A stretch of 63,618 nt of DNA, filler included, from Cercozoa sp. M6MM (GCA_040357565.1; 17 parts of 17 records of this genome joined end to end with filler, not necessarily neighbours in it); one strand, 5' to 3'; positions 1-13,189 are shown, counted from the whole stretch's first letter. Numbers and translations: made by a program. The notes: generated by a model from the letters alone, not told the origin.

Positions 1-4
1 GTGT

Positions 5-48
<44 letters not shown>

Positions 49-66
49 TGTTTGAGTGACCCACAG

Positions 67-158
67 GTGTTCCTAGTGCAAACACCCTCCGTGTTCTCTG
101 CCTTGTATGCCATCGTACCCTCTTTTGTTGTTTCACTCAAATTGCCGACTTGCATTCT

Positions 159-197
<39 letters not shown>

Positions 198-1130
198 ATG
201 TTGTTGTATGTTGTATCCCCTAGGTGAAGCCGTTGGTGCCGTTCAGCGTGCGACAGAAACTGCGCATTCGGCGTGACGACGCTGCTGAAGAACTGCAGCG
301 CGAATTCTACACCACGCTGCCTCTGGTACCTCTTGCTTGCTCGCACACGTGTCAGCGAACACGTGCCGGTGGCACACGTGTCACTGCACATGTTACAAGT
401 GGGTTACCTGTGTACTTTTGTGCGACAGGAAGACACAGAGAGTTGGGACCGGCTGCACAGCTTTGTGCGTGACCGGGTTGGCCTCACTAGAACGTGCTTT
501 TCTTGTTGCCTTGTACCTGTACCTGTCCCCATAGATTGCACCTTCATTGCCGCGGCCAAGACGCTTTCCAACCGATGAAGAATTCGAGACTGTCAATGTG
601 CCTGCTCGCACTGTGACCGTATTCTGTTCTGCTACACCTCTTCACACTCTTTACCATCCCCCCCGCACAGGAGATTCTGCGCGTGCCAGTCACAAAACGC
701 GGCGTGCGAGTGATCGCCTGTCTTGACAACAAGGACGTCCAGATCAAGGCTGAGTGGTCCAAGGTACCGACCCAAACATTAGCGTCCACACTTTGTGTCT
801 GAGGGCCTCTGTGTCGTTGACAGCCTGGTGAGAACACACGAGTGCTCGACGAGAAAACCATCGAACCGTACCGTGTCTCCAGCATTTCTTGTACCCACAG
901 GCATAGGCTAGGTATGCTTGCGTAGCGGCAAGTCGCTTTTTGTGGTATGTACACAACCGGGCGGTGAGCTGGTACTGACCGTCGACAACAGCCACTCGAG
1001 GTCGGTTCAGCCATTCAGTTTCATCCATCATGACTATTGAATCTTTGGTTGAGAGATCATGCATTGACGCAGATGGACGAGCAAGGACGTGCTGGTCTAC
1101 CACTGCGATGAACTTGTGGACCTGGAGTAA
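67..1130 (+). CDS. Sec14/CRAL-TRIO plus GOLD domain lipid-transfer protein, 3' part (8 exons, 5' truncated)
   Basis: Spliced translation gives VFLVQTPSVFSALYAI-VKPLVPFSVRQKLRI (CRAL-TRIO C-terminal motif) and GGELVLTVDNSHSRWTSKDVLVY (GOLD DNxxSxxxSK motif); TAA at 1128-1130. Confidence 0.8.
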
Positions 1131-1237
1131 CTGATTGATCGGGTTGCCAGTGCACCGGCTCTCATCTAACCGTCCTTTGTCATTGTAACGAATAATCGAA
1201 TCCGCCTGAAACTTATTGACGCGGCTGGGGTTTAGTT

Positions 1238-1290
1238 AGTTGAGTCTTCTAGGAACCAACTATGTAGTTCCCCTGCACCAGTCTGGGGTG
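1238..1290 (-). mobile_element. 53-nt 3'-end insertion of the non-LTR retrotransposon, flanked by a 17-bp TSD
   Basis: The reverse complement is nearly identical to 63514-63567. The direct repeat GCGGCTGGGGTTTAGTT occurs at 1221-1237 and 1291-1307. Confidence 0.93.
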
Positions 1291-1415
1291 GCGGCTGGGG
1301 TTTAGTTTTGTTTACTGCGCCGTATTTGTAACTAAAACTGATCATGAATGTAAAAGACATGCTACGTTTAGCGTAGTCCAGTCTGACTAGTGTCCTGTGA
1401 TTGAAGGAAAAGGCG

Positions 1416-2120
1416 CTACTGCCGCCGCTTGCGCAACACCGGCATGATGCGTTGCTCCATCTTGAGTTTCGGCTCGGGCGCTGCCGTCGGCTCTGCTGGC
1501 TGCTGATCCGGCTCTGCCTGGGAAACATCGTCTGCTCCGATCCCTTCCTCAACGTCGCCGAGCAGCTCGGCCTCGGAGGCCACACGCACGCCATCGACGA
1601 CAACGGCGCCTGACTCGACCTGAGCCGATACGGCTTCTTCCTGAGCCGGAGCCTCGGCTGTCTGGTCAGTCAACTGCATCGGCGCGCCCGAGATCACGGT
1701 GCGACCGGCATCCTGCTGCTCCTGTTGCAAACCCTGCGCGCGCAGCATGTACTCCTCCTGTCTCCGCTGTGCCAGCTCGCGCCGTCTGCGGGTATAGGCA
1801 TGGGGGGGGGGCAGAATAGAGGGCGTAGTCACCTCTGAATGAGCCGCTCGCTTTGGGCACGTTCAAACGGCGCCAGCAAATCCTGCAGCGACTGCCGCAG
1901 CATGTGTGGCCGCAGGAACTGCGCGCGCGGCTTGTAGCTACCCAGACACAAGTCAGTTTCAAGTACGTTTAACCCCAGTTTCACAAAAGCTACCTCTTGT
2001 AACTGGTGGGCTCGATCCCGAACGGATCCGAAAGTTGCTCTGCCACCGCTAGACCCGGCGGAATGCCGACCTGTACAAACACACAAATAATCAACGTGGA
2101 AACAAGTCAGTCCATGGCAT
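1416..2120 (-). CDS. Hypothetical spliced protein (charged/coiled-coil C-terminus)
   Basis: GC-rich exons (LGSYKPRAQFLRPHMLRQSLQDLL; AYTRRRRELAQRRQEEYMLR...) are separated by short GT-AG introns. The start is uncertain. Confidence 0.5.
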
Positions 2121-2480
2121 TTGTGAGTACCTTTCGAATTTCCTCGTAATTCTGGTCCTCTGATGTGTTGATAAACATCTGAAACGGAGTTTACACACTG
2201 ACACACGGCGGGCGCTCACGAAAGTGACAGATATATTTTTTAATTTTTGCAACCAGTACTCCGATTTCAGATTTTTGGCTTGTGACCTGACTGCCACTTA
2301 CGTCCGATTTCGGTGTCGTATAGTGTACAAAATTCGTTTTAGCGGTAGACCTTGACTCTCCATGAGCTCGCCCTGGGACGATAGGGTACCACTTCTGTCA
2401 TGATTATTTGTTGTGTGGTTTGTGTGCTTGCAAGATTGTTCTTGCAAAAGCAGCAGCATCGTGTGCCGACAACGCATCAT

Positions 2481-4194
2481 ATGGCAAACATGCCAGTTCT
2501 GCCGCCAATCTCGGACTCGCACTTTGCTCCGATGTCGATGGTATTCTGGATCTGGAACTGGACTTGGCCTGGACTTGACCTGACTTGACTGACCTGTGAC
2601 ACTAAACTGGAAGCAGCGCGGACAGCAGGCGTCGTCGATGCGACCACCGATGCAGCTTCAGCAGTACCCGTCGGGACCGGGAGACCTGCCGCCGCACAGC
2701 ATGCGTGTGCCCGTGCATCCGCCGATTCGTTCTCAAGTGCCGCCGCCTCCTGTGGGCGGTCACAGCGTCAGTAGCTACGACAGGGTCGTGATGCCCGCGC
2801 CTGAACTGGAAACGGTGCCTTCAACTTGTTCTCTTGTCACCCCTCTGCCTTTCCTCGATGTCCTCCTGTCCCTGATGGCATACATGTAGTTGATCAAGAG
2901 CAATGTGTCGGATAGCAATGATGTACATGCTCCCTTGCCGCTTGAGACCTTGAATTTCCTCCTTACCTTTTATCCTTTTTACCCTTTACCCTTACCGCTT
3001 CCTCTTGCTCGTTGGTGCAGGTGCCCACTGCATTCAATCTGCTGAGTCGCTTCGGAGTCACTACGCTGAACGAACTTGAGGTTTGCTCCTGTCATACCCC
3101 CTCTTACCTCTTCCCCCCTCTTACCTCTTCCCCCCCCTTACTCCCCTCTTGCCCCCCCCCCCCCCCCCTCTTACCCCCACCACCCCTTTCCTACAGGGCA
3201 TGCTGCGTGATTTGGAGAAAATCAGGCGTTCGTTGCCGAGCGAAGAAGAAGGCCGGGTATTTTTGACTTTTGTTTTTTCTTGTATTTCCTTGTATTTGTC
3301 TGTGTGAGACTGACCAATGATTGACTGACTGACTCGCCAACTAACGGCTGTATGTTAATGCGCAGGTGTTGACTCTGATCGCAGAGACCTACATGGTGCC
3401 TGAACCGTCTGATCCCCCTTCCCAGTGTACCTCTTTTTTGTGCAGAACTCGCAGTTTCCGCCTTCGAACTCTCCGCAGACGGTAGCTCGTGCTTCACCCC
3501 TTCCCCCCTGTGGCCCCTTTACTCATCTCAACTGTAGCCATCGAACCATAGCCATGCGCAGCCGCCGTTTGTAGGATTCTCTGCCCCTCTCTGCCCCCTC
3601 TCTGCCCCCCTCTGCCCCCTCTGCCCAGCTCCCTTAGCCCCTTATTTTATCCTTCTTGACACCTACCTCACAGCAACGTCGCTCCGAGAACCGACCTCGT
3701 CAGCACCAGGTAGCGAAATACTTTAGCCCTTACCCCTTACCCCTTACCCCTTACCCTTACCCCTTGCACCTTACCCTTACCCCTTACCCCTACCCCGGCC
3801 CCAGGCACCTGGTCGCGAGAACGACCAGCAGTCCAACAGCAGCAGATACAACGACAGCAGGTACAACGACAGCAGACACAACAGCAGCAGACACAACGAC
3901 AGCAGGTACAACGACAGCAGACACAACAGCAGCAGCTACGACCGACACAGCGTCGCGCCGAGTCACTCCGGTCGCCGTCATCATCCGCGCGGACGCGGGC
4001 CGGTTCCACGCGGAGAGCGCGGCACTGCTTTCAACGTGCCATTTTCCTTTAATTACATGTCTCTTTACCCCTGACCCCCTGCCCTGACCCATGTCGTGAC
4101 CCCCCTTTACCCCTCTATGTTTGTGCAGAAGGTGAAGCAAGGCTCCAGGTACGCGTTCGACGAGGATTTCCAACTGGCATCGGGTGCACACTTG
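2481..4194 (+). CDS. Hypothetical Pro-rich protein with SR(Y/H)N(D/S) repeats, 5' part
   Basis: About 11 exons splice in frame, starting MANMPVLPPISDSHF; a 15-nt coding repeat at ~3838-3935 encodes SRYND/SRHNS; truncated at the contig end. Confidence 0.55.
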
Positions 4195-4216
4195 GTATTG
4201 TTTACCCCCCCCCCCC

Positions 4217-4316
4217 NNNNNNNNNNNNNNNNNNNNNNNNNNNNNNNNNNNNNNNNNNNNTTAATTAATTAANNNNNNNNNNNNNNNNNNNNNNNNNNNN
4301 NNNNNNNNNNNNNNNN
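4217..4316. other. Artificial contig linker (N-run + TTAATTAATTAA + N-run); 16 such linkers, with the TTAATTAATTAA core starting at 4261, 8934, 12019, 17407, 22131, 27952, 30172, 32420, 34518, 37887, 43472, 48347, 53774, 56658, 57897 and 62235
   Basis: An identical six-frame-stop 12-mer is embedded in N runs, and genes are truncated at each linker. Separate 100-N scaffold gaps without the linker occur near 22521, 30639, 31926 and 41983. Confidence 0.98.
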
Positions 4317-6839
4317 CCCCCCCCTGCGTCACACGAGCAAAAGCTACCCAAAGCGACGGCATGGTTGAGCGGACAACGCGGCGCGTCGCATTGCTGCGGT
4401 TCCGCGCGGATCGACTGCATCAGCGCAGACGCTGTCAAAGGCAGACCGCGCTCGTCCAGTTCGACGCCGCGCATGTGCACACACGTGCGCTCACTAAGTA
4501 CACACAAAGTGGTACCAAACTAAAGAGAGATCGGGCGAAACGCTCCAGTACCCTGCGCGACCGCCGTCCAGAGACAGTGTGACCGGCTGGTTAAGTGTGC
4601 GCTGTTAAAAGAGAGTAAATAAGGGCACATATGGACAGAACGAGCTACCGGTCCACTCGATCGAGGTGACATGCGCAGCAAGCCCTCAACGGCCGCTCGC
4701 TCGGCAGGCCGCAACTGCTTATACTTTTGGTAGTTTGCGACTTTAGCACAGCACAGTGATTTGCGGAACTAACAGACGTACCGTTCTGCGGATGCGCTGC
4801 AGCTTCTTCTGCGTGTCACGATCCATCACGAGCAAAATTTACAGACAGATCTCTGTGTTTGTTGAGGGACGGCCGATCGACCAACCGAACAAAAAAAGAA
4901 GACAGCACGACCAACTTCAGCCTCCGCGTAAAGCACAAACACGTGCACGTGCACGTGCTTTGTGTGCTAGCTTGCACGTACACCACTCTCAGACGAGTGG
5001 CAGCGTCCAGCAAAAGCGCAAGCAGTGCCAAAAATCGATCTTTCGCGCTTTCTGTGGCTGCAGAGTGAAGGTAGCACAGCCCACAGTACAGTCTCAGCAC
5101 ACCCACGGCGTGTGGAGCGCACCAGTTGCCAACTCCAGTCGCTTGCTCGACCAGAGTCAAGTCCGTGTGATAGTCACTCGACTCACGGTTTGATCCAATG
5201 CGAGATCACTGATCGATCTTTGAGCTGCCGTGGCGGGCAGGATTCTGAGAGCAGCCCGACTACAGGACCACGTCTCGGCTGGCGAAGCCGTTCCAACATG
5301 ATACGGTTTGACTGTTCTAGAAAAACGCAAAATTCTACCCAGCGTCCGTCTTTAGTTTTCTTGGGAGCGTCGCAGCTTCTCAGCCTCGGCGATCTTGCGC
5401 AAGATGTCGTTCTGGAATTTCTCGTGCATCCAGACCTAGAAGGGATAGTTTCTGCCTACCAAATTTGGTGAAAATCCACAAGGAGCTACCTGCGAGCCGA
5501 ACATGAAACGCTCGGAATTGCGATCTTGCACAGTCTGCAACCAACAAGCTTGTTTGGGCCACCGGTCAGGCTAAAATCAAGGCGAACACACCTTCTCACG
5601 AAGCGAAACGAGTTCAACATTCGTCAGCGGACGCCAGTAATCGCCGTCTGCAGCAAAAGCACGTTTTGTTTTTTATTTGTGTAAAAAAGGAAGGGACCTC
5701 GAATCACGAGATTGCCGTAGCGTTGATTGAACTCGGACTGCCAGCAAATTCAACAATCGAGGGAGACACAGTTGGAGAATACAACAGTCATACCTCATCA
5801 AGAGCCGACTCGGAGAACCATGTAAAATTTGGGTTGAACACGCGAGACAACTGGAGACGCAAACAAAGTTAAGTGCCATCATCAGTCAGTTGGCTCATGT
5901 GTTGGTTTTTTGTACTTTGCAGAGTGGGCACAGTGCTTTGCCTCGCATCATCATCGTGAGTGACTGTTAAATAATAAAACTATCAGAAATAAGCATTAAA
6001 AGGCAGCAATCATTACCGTGAAACGCATCGGACGCGCAATCTTGGCAGTGTCGTAGCGGTCCTCCTCTTCGTCTCGGGCAGGCCGCATCGTGCAGGCACT
6101 CTGCATCAAAAGAACACTCACGTCAGAAGGCACAACTACACTGACTAAAAATAACGCAAAGTAACCTCCGGACGCAGCCAAGAAAGCGCACGAGCCTTGT
6201 CGACCGTCTTGCAGCTGCGCTGGTAGCACCAGAAATCCACCTGGCTTGTTAAAACTAATGTACCGCAACAGGTGCGCGTCCTCCCAGACAGACGCAACGT
6301 GCTCTGCCTCCTGTCGCGTCGTCTGCACAGCACGATTTAGTCGCAACAATTTAGTCGTAAAAAGGTGCAGAAGTCGACATGGGGCTGGCAAGCACCTCAA
6401 CATCGGGCGGCAACAATCCCAGACGGAACAATGACGGCCGACCCAGCAGATCGACGCATTTCGCGCGAATCTCCTCCACCACAAACTCCATCACACACGA
6501 ACCTGCAGTTAACTAGAGCGCGTTGGCACGTTTCTGCGCACGGCGAGGTCGGCTGGCCGGGTCAAAACCCCGCGAAAATTATTCTGTTAAAATGATGTTA
6601 TGTGATCTCGCTATTTTATGTTGCTTCAGGAAATTTAAGTCATTTAAAGCTAAACCGATATTGCTTGGCTGGTGCCGTCTCGCTTCTTTTAGGACGAGAA
6701 GATCCAAGAACGATCATGATCCTGTACAAGAGTAGTCTGTTTTGTACCGTTTAGATTCCAAATTTCTCACTGCTCGACCGACTCTAGGCCCAAGAAGCAA
6801 CTAGCGCAGCGCTAGGTGTTCTCACGTGCGTGATCACAC

Positions 6840-7949
6840 ATGTTGCGAACAGGCAGCGCGGGCGCACGCGGCCTGCAGCGGCGTTTTCGCCCAAGGACGT
6901 CGGAGCGGGCGAAGCGCGTCGTGGGCCCGCACTTCAAGGTGAAGAAGAAGCCGGGCATGAAGCCCAACAGCTACAAGCTTGTGATGACGCACAATTATCG
7001 CGATGTGATTCATGCTGGTGAATGTAATGCCAATCTATTTGTTCGCTGGAATTTCATCGACTTTGGCCGCTTTGGCGCTTGCATTGTTGCATTCGTGTGT
7101 TATGCCGGGTTTTTCATTGTGCACAGTGGCCCAGGTGAACCGTGGTTTCGCACGAAAGCTGCTGCGCGAGGTAGCAAATATTGCAGCAACCAATGGAAGA
7201 AAGCAGTGACGCTTTGTTGACAGGGCATGGCAGTGCCAGCGACGCTGGAGAACATTCGGCGCTACGTGCTGCCGTTCTCAGAACTGGCAAAGTTCCAGCA
7301 GGCGCGACAGCTGAAGGAACGACTGCGCAAGATGCGTCGTCTGATGCGCGCGATTGTAAGCACAAACATCAACTGGTATGTGTGTTGGTGTGCTGGCTGA
7401 TGCTTGTGTGCTTTCTCTTCTTGCGCAGGTGCCTGTACCGACAGTGAAGAAGAACTCGGACCGACTCTACTTCCCAGTACCTTCTGCAACAGCAACCGTT
7501 CTTTCCTTGTTTTGATTCTGATTTATGTGTTGACTTTAGATCACGCTGCAACGCATGGTCGAATTGGTCAACGGCGGCAAGGCTGCTGAGAAGTAGGCTC
7601 CCTCTACTCCATACCTCCTACCCTACCCCTTCACCCCTTCACTACTTCCCCCAGATATGGCCTGCAAGTGACGGCCGACGATATCGATCTGCCCAAGACG
7701 ATTAGCACTGTAGCCACCTCATGTGCCACCCCTTAGTGTGGTATGGGTACAATTTGGACAGGTCGGTGAGTACGCCATTCCTGTGCGCGTTATGGGCGAG
7801 TTTGTGCCGTTCACGATCAACGTAGCCTGCGGCTTTACCCTCTAGAGCCCCCCATACCCTTACCCCCCGTTTTCTGACAGGTGGTGGCCGATCGAAACGC
7901 CGTGTACGCCAATGACGCGCGTGCCGAACTGGTTTGTTTGACATTCAGT

Positions 7950-8021
<72 letters not shown>

Positions 8022-8812
8022 GTGTGTGTGTGTTTAGGTATCCCTACGAACAAGTGTGTTGTGTGCAGATTCGAGGTGGCATTTTCAACGCACGCGGTCG
8101 CTTCATCAAGCACGTGAATGTGTACGTTGGCTTTCCCCCCCCCCCCCCCGCCTACCTCCTATATCTCCCTGCAGTGGCGAGGACCAGAAGCGCATCAGCT
8201 TCTTTGGCGTGGCATTGCCGTCGCTCGAGGAGCAGAACCTGCTGCACCTCAGTGCCGCCAATGACGTCTACGTGCGTCGTCTGCAAAAGCGTTTCACCGA
8301 CAAGGCTGTACCCTTCCTTCTTGCTTTAGTCACTCGTCTCTTCCCTTATCCCCTGCTTCTGCTCGGTAGAAGCGCATGAAGCTGCCGCCGGTGAAGGAGG
8401 AAGCCACGGTGGACCACATTGCTTTCACATTCCAAGCTGAGAACGCCGCTGTGGCGGCTGAGAAGCAGTTTGGTACATCTTCACACGTTGCCCCCTCACC
8501 CGAGACACGTGTGTCTGTGCAGCTGCCCAGTTGAAGCGAAAGCAGAAGATTGATGCGATGGCTACTGTATTCTGACCTTTACATTCTTACCCCGTGCTTT
8601 TACCCTTGTGTACAGCAAGAGTCGGTGGACCTGTCCGAGTCTGCACTGGAGAAACGTGCCTCCGAACTCGAGGACCTCGAGAAGCAGCAGGAGGAGGCTA
8701 TCGTACCCTTTATGCTGTGTCTATGGCGTGTAACGTACTCATGTTCATGTGTATGTGTGTTCAGTCCCGTCGCAAGGCACGTCCGGACGACAAGATCATG
8801 TCGGCTGAGTAG
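6840..8812 (+). CDS. MRPL9: Mitochondrial ribosomal protein bL9m with C-terminal extension (14 exons)
   Basis: Arg-rich N-terminal presequence; L9 N-domain HAGELAQVNRGFARKLLREGMAVPATLENI; L9 C-domain YGLQVTADDIDLPKTISTVGEYAIPVRV; TAG at 8810-8812. Confidence 0.8.
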
Positions 8813-8842
8813 AGCTCCGGAGACTCGATAATTTAAAGTAGG

Positions 8843-8889
8843 TGTTACCGCAGCCCTCTCAGATAGGGATCAGGCCTTGGTAAATTAAG
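8843..8889 (+). mobile_element. 5' end of an LTR-family copy, cut by the contig end
   Basis: TGTTACCGCAGCCCTCTCAGATAGGGATCAGGCCTTGGTAAATT is identical to the start of the solo LTR at 47150. Confidence 0.9.
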
Positions 8890-9045
8890 NNNNNNNNNNN
8901 NNNNNNNNNNNNNNNNNNNNNNNNNNNNNNNNNTTAATTAATTAANNNNNNNNNNNNNNNNNNNNNNNNNNNNNNNNNNNNNNNNNNNNACACCCCCCCT
9001 TTTCCCCCCCTTACCCCCCTTTCCCCCCCCCCCCCCCCCAGGTAC

Positions 9046-10351
9046 CGCATGTATGCGACGTGCGCGACGCAGAGCGACGAGTTTCTGCAGCTGCATGAAA
9101 CGCTCACTGCGCAGCATGCGCACCGTCACGATCATCTACTCAGTCACACACTCAGTCAGACACGTGGTCACCCAGCAAGTCAGTCAGTCAGTCAGTGGGA
9201 CACGTGGCACCTCTGTCAGTGTGCAGAAAGTACCAGTTTGATCAGCGTGCAGAAGGACAGGCCGATGCGATAGCCTGTGATCTTGCCACTCGTGTCACCG
9301 GACCTGCTTGTTTTTATTAAGGGGGTTTTAAGGGATATTTATGGCTGCGGTCACTATAGTTAAAGGGGCACTGTGTACGAGTTGGTGTGATCGATCAGAT
9401 CGCCGATCGCCACAAACAGCAACTGCATGTTTATTAGTGCCTCGAAGGCTGCGCGTTAGGGGGGGTAAAGGGGGTAGGGGTAAAGGGAAGGGAGTAAAGA
9501 GGAGGGGGTAAAGGGAGGAGGTAAAGGGGAGGGGGTAAAACAGGGGGTAAACAGGGGGTAAAAGCACCGCCGGCGTAGGAACGCAGCTCGGCGCCGCCGA
9601 AGAGAACGGCGCGAACAACCATGTCGAAGCAGAAGAGACCGCCGGCTGCCACCGACACGAGCGACAAGGCGATGCTCGACGTGAAGGCCGCGTAGGTCAT
9701 CATCACCCACACTACCTACAGGGGAGAACAAGAGGGGAACAGGGGGGTGAATAGGGGGTATAGGGGCGGGGGGCAATACCGTCTGCACGAACGAGGTCAG
9801 GAAGAGGAAGAAGTCGGCGTAGAAACCAATCGCCGTCGAGTGCCACCGCACCGCCAGCCGTCTGTCCATCGCACATCTTACCCCCCTCTTTACCCTCTTC
9901 TACCCCCTGTTTACCCCTCTTACCCCTGTTTCCCCCCCTTTTTCCCCCCCCCCCCCCCAGGTACCTGCGAAGGTTGCGACGGCGCTGCACGCGATCGAGC
10001 ACTCGTTGGAACCTGGCGTACAGTTTGGACACACGCATGTACAGAAAGAGGACAGTACGGAACAGGACGGACAGGATAACACGGTCCAAATGGACCGCAT
10101 GATTGTACCTCTCACGATTGTAGCCATCTGTGACCTGTCGCAGCACACGCTTGCGCCGGTCGACATCGCCGCCGAACACCGGTCGGCACGCGCCGGATTC
10201 GTCCACGTCCGCGTGGATCACCTTCTGCGGAACCTACGGGGGGGGGGGATAAATGGAGGAGATATGGGGTAACAAGACGCACCTCGTCGGGCTCGTACAA
10301 GGTGTCGCCACTGACGCGGTCAGTCAGCCCGTCATCATTCGCATCCAACAT
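9046..10351 (-). CDS. Four-helix voltage-sensor-like membrane protein, 5' part (possible VSP/TPTE or Hv-related protein)
   Basis: Spliced translation: WHSTAIGFYADFFLFLTSFV...SLVSVAAGGLFCFDMVVRAVLFG...AFEALINMQLLFVAIGD...IKLMIVTVRMLRSERFMQLQKLVALRRARRIHA. The S2 FxxDxxxR motif and a basic S4-like helix are present; truncated at the contig end. Confidence 0.55.
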
Positions 10352-10562
10352 ACTTGCACTCTAATTGCCAGCACTACACTGCAGGCATGTGCACGCACCG
10401 TGTGCCGCTTTAAACAATGGGTTATATCTCAAGACGCGCAGTCTCGCAGGCTCCAATTCTTGAGATCTCCATGATCGTTCGGGCCCTTTAAAAAAGCGTG
10501 TTTTTTGGCTTGAGACTAGTCGTTCGTGTGAGTGTGTGTGCTGGCGTGTGCAGCGTGGCAGG

Positions 10563-11952
10563 ATGCTGCTGTGGCAGGAGGAGGACGACTACAACGAGGC
10601 ACAGCATGAGGATGCAATAGTCATCGACACGCCGAGTCGGCCGATCGACATTGCGCACGTGTCGCGTCCGCCGGTTGGTGCCGCTGGTGTCTCAGGCGGT
10701 TATAGTGGTCATCTCAGTGGTCAAAACAGTGGTCACAACAGTGGTGGTCACAACAGTGGCGGTCACAACTTGCAGCGACAGATGATGTCGGTGGCGGCTC
10801 ATTCCGCCGTGGCACAGTCCTTCTACGACAGCTTCGCGCACGACACGAGGTAGTGTGCTACCCCTCCCCTCCCAGTGACCACTGAGTGAGCACCTGCCAA
10901 GTGGACCCACGTGTGTGATCAGTGACGGACTGAGTGGCACGCACGAGGAGCACGTGGCCGACGAGGTCGCCTCGGTGGTCACCGACGACTCGCGCACCGA
11001 CGACGACGTGCATCAGGCAGCGCGGAGTTTACCCCCCTGTTTGCCCCCCTGTTTACCCCCCTGTTTACCCCCCCCGTACCCCCCGCGCAGGTGGTGTTCG
11101 GCAGCAGTAGGCACAGCAGCATAAACAGCGAGCTGCAGTCGTCGGTCGACTCGGAGTATCTGGAGTCAGACGAGGACGGTGAGGACGGTTTGCTTCGGTC
11201 AGGTGACGGTTTCGACGACACTGACGGGTGAGAGAGTGACCACGTGCTCACTGGGCACGTGTTTCTGACTGTGTATTTAACTTTGTAAATCATCGGTAGG
11301 CACCGTCATGCTTGGTGTGGTTCGTGCTACTCAGGGTTACGACGGTACCTCTTACCCCTTACTTCATTCCCCCCTACTCCTTCCTCCTCTTACCCCTTTA
11401 TCCCTTTACCCCCCTTACCCCCCCCCCCCTCCCGTAGATGCACAGTGGAGCAGATGTTGCTGTGGTTGTTGTCGTTGTTGGCGCTGTCGCTCGTTGCGCA
11501 CGCCTGCGCTGTGCTGTTCGCCGACCTGGTGCTTGGGTAAAGGGGGAAGAGGGGGTAAACAGGGGGGTAAAGGGGAGGAAAGTGTTTCCGCACACAGACG
11601 GCACTGACGGTGGCGCTGACGTTTTCGAAACGCGTGCGACGCATCACACGCGTCTTCCACAGTGTGCGCCGGTAGCCCCTGTTTCCCTTAACTAGCACCC
11701 CTTAAACAGCACCTTTATTAATACCCCCTTAACTAACACCCTTAACTAACACCCCTTGACTAACACCCTTAACTAACACCCCTTCACTAACACCCTTAAC
11801 TAACATCCTTTAAACAGCACCCTTAAACAGCACCCCATTAATGTTGCCCCCTCAGAGAGGCGCGACGCAGTGGCGTGCCGTGCGGCAGCGGCGACGACGA
11901 CGCGCTTGGCCACGTCGCACTGCTGCTGCGCGACGACGAGGCGCCGCAGGAG
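10563..11952 (+). CDS. Hypothetical protein with acidic/low-complexity N-terminus and one TM helix, 5' part
   Basis: Exons splice in frame to ...CTVEQMLLWLLSLLALSLVAHACAVLFADL...; SGHN repeats at ~10700-10770. Confidence 0.5.
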
Positions 11953-12090
11953 GTGTTTTACCCCCCTGTTTACCNNNNNNNNNNNNNNNNNNNNNNNNNN
12001 NNNNNNNNNNNNNNNNNNTTAATTAATTAANNNNNNNNNNNNNNNNNNNNNNNNNNNNNNNNNNNNNNNNNNNNCCCCCCCCCCCCCCAG

Positions 12091-12922
12091 GCTAATGGCT
12101 ACGTGTTCCGCGGACTGCGCGCGCGCATGTTCTGGTTCCGCGTGGCAGGTTTCGCGGTGATGCTGTGCATTGCCCTACAGACGGTACAAATGGACGGACT
12201 CTTAAGGATGCCTACACTTTGCCTAAGGCTGTGTATGTGTGTGGTTGCTGTAGGTGCTGGTGACGGATGTATACGCGCGACTGGCGCTCGTGTTTGTGAC
12301 GGTGGCCATCAACATCGCCGTCGTGCTGATCTACTGGCCCTTCCTGTACACGCGGCCTTCAATTGTTTTTGTGAGTGACCACTGACTGACTTGACTGGCG
12401 TGTATGTGTATAGCACGTGGTACTTCAACGTGCTGCCACTAGTGACGGGTGCACTCCAGTGCATCACGTACTTTGCCTTCCTGGCCAGTCGCCACAAGTA
12501 GGCTGTGTTTTACCCCCCCCCCCCCCTCTAACCCCCGCCCCCCCTAAACCCCCCCCCCCCCCCAGAGGAGGTCTGCTGGCGGCGCTGAGTTCGATCGTTG
12601 CCGTCGGTCTCGTGGGCTGTGTTGTGGTATTGCCCCCCCCCCTCTGTACCCCCTCCCCCGTTACCTTACCTCCCTGGTAGTTTCGCGAGCGACTGGACTG
12701 GTGGCGCTTCGGCGTCAAGAAACTCGACGTGCGCGCACGTCAGTCGGCTGCCTCGGCCGTCAAGGACACTGACGACAGCGTGGCTACTGATGAGTATAGC
12801 AGGTAGGGACTAGGGACTAGGGGGGTAAAGGGGTAAATGGCAAGGGGGCAAGGTATCGCTCTGCTCTCAGTGGTGTGTTGGACGAGGACGAAGTCGAAAT
12901 GATCACGCCGCTTACTTCGCGT

Positions 12923-12959
<37 letters not shown>

Positions 12960-13189
12960 ATACAGAAGCATGTTTTTGACACATCATCCTGTGCAGCCAC
13001 GAGTCAGAAACGTGACCGATCAGCCGAAGCAGCGTCTGTATCGCAACAACAGGTACTGTACAGTAATATCAAGCACTCTTGTATGTATGGGGACTACAGG
13101 ACCAACGCACGGACCAACGCACGGGCGTTCGTGCCTTGGCGGCGGCTGCGACGGCACTCGGCGCCTCGCTGGCCTCCATCGAGGTGTAG
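12091..13189 (+). CDS. Multi-pass membrane protein, C-terminal part
   Basis: Several hydrophobic exons (MFWFRVAGFAVMLCIALQT; ARLALVFVTVAINIAVVLIYWPF; WYFNVLPLVTGALQCITYFAF; LLAALSSIVAVGLVGCVV); ends LASIEV-TAG. Confidence 0.55.

Noticed and set aside
4261-4272. Recurrent TTAATTAATTAA palindrome as a biological repeat or CRISPR-like element
   Set aside because: It is always embedded in N runs and is an artificial six-frame stop linker between contigs.
5235-5262. GGGCAGG...AGCAGCCC as SRP helix 8
   Set aside because: The spacing is wrong and there is no GNRA tetraloop.
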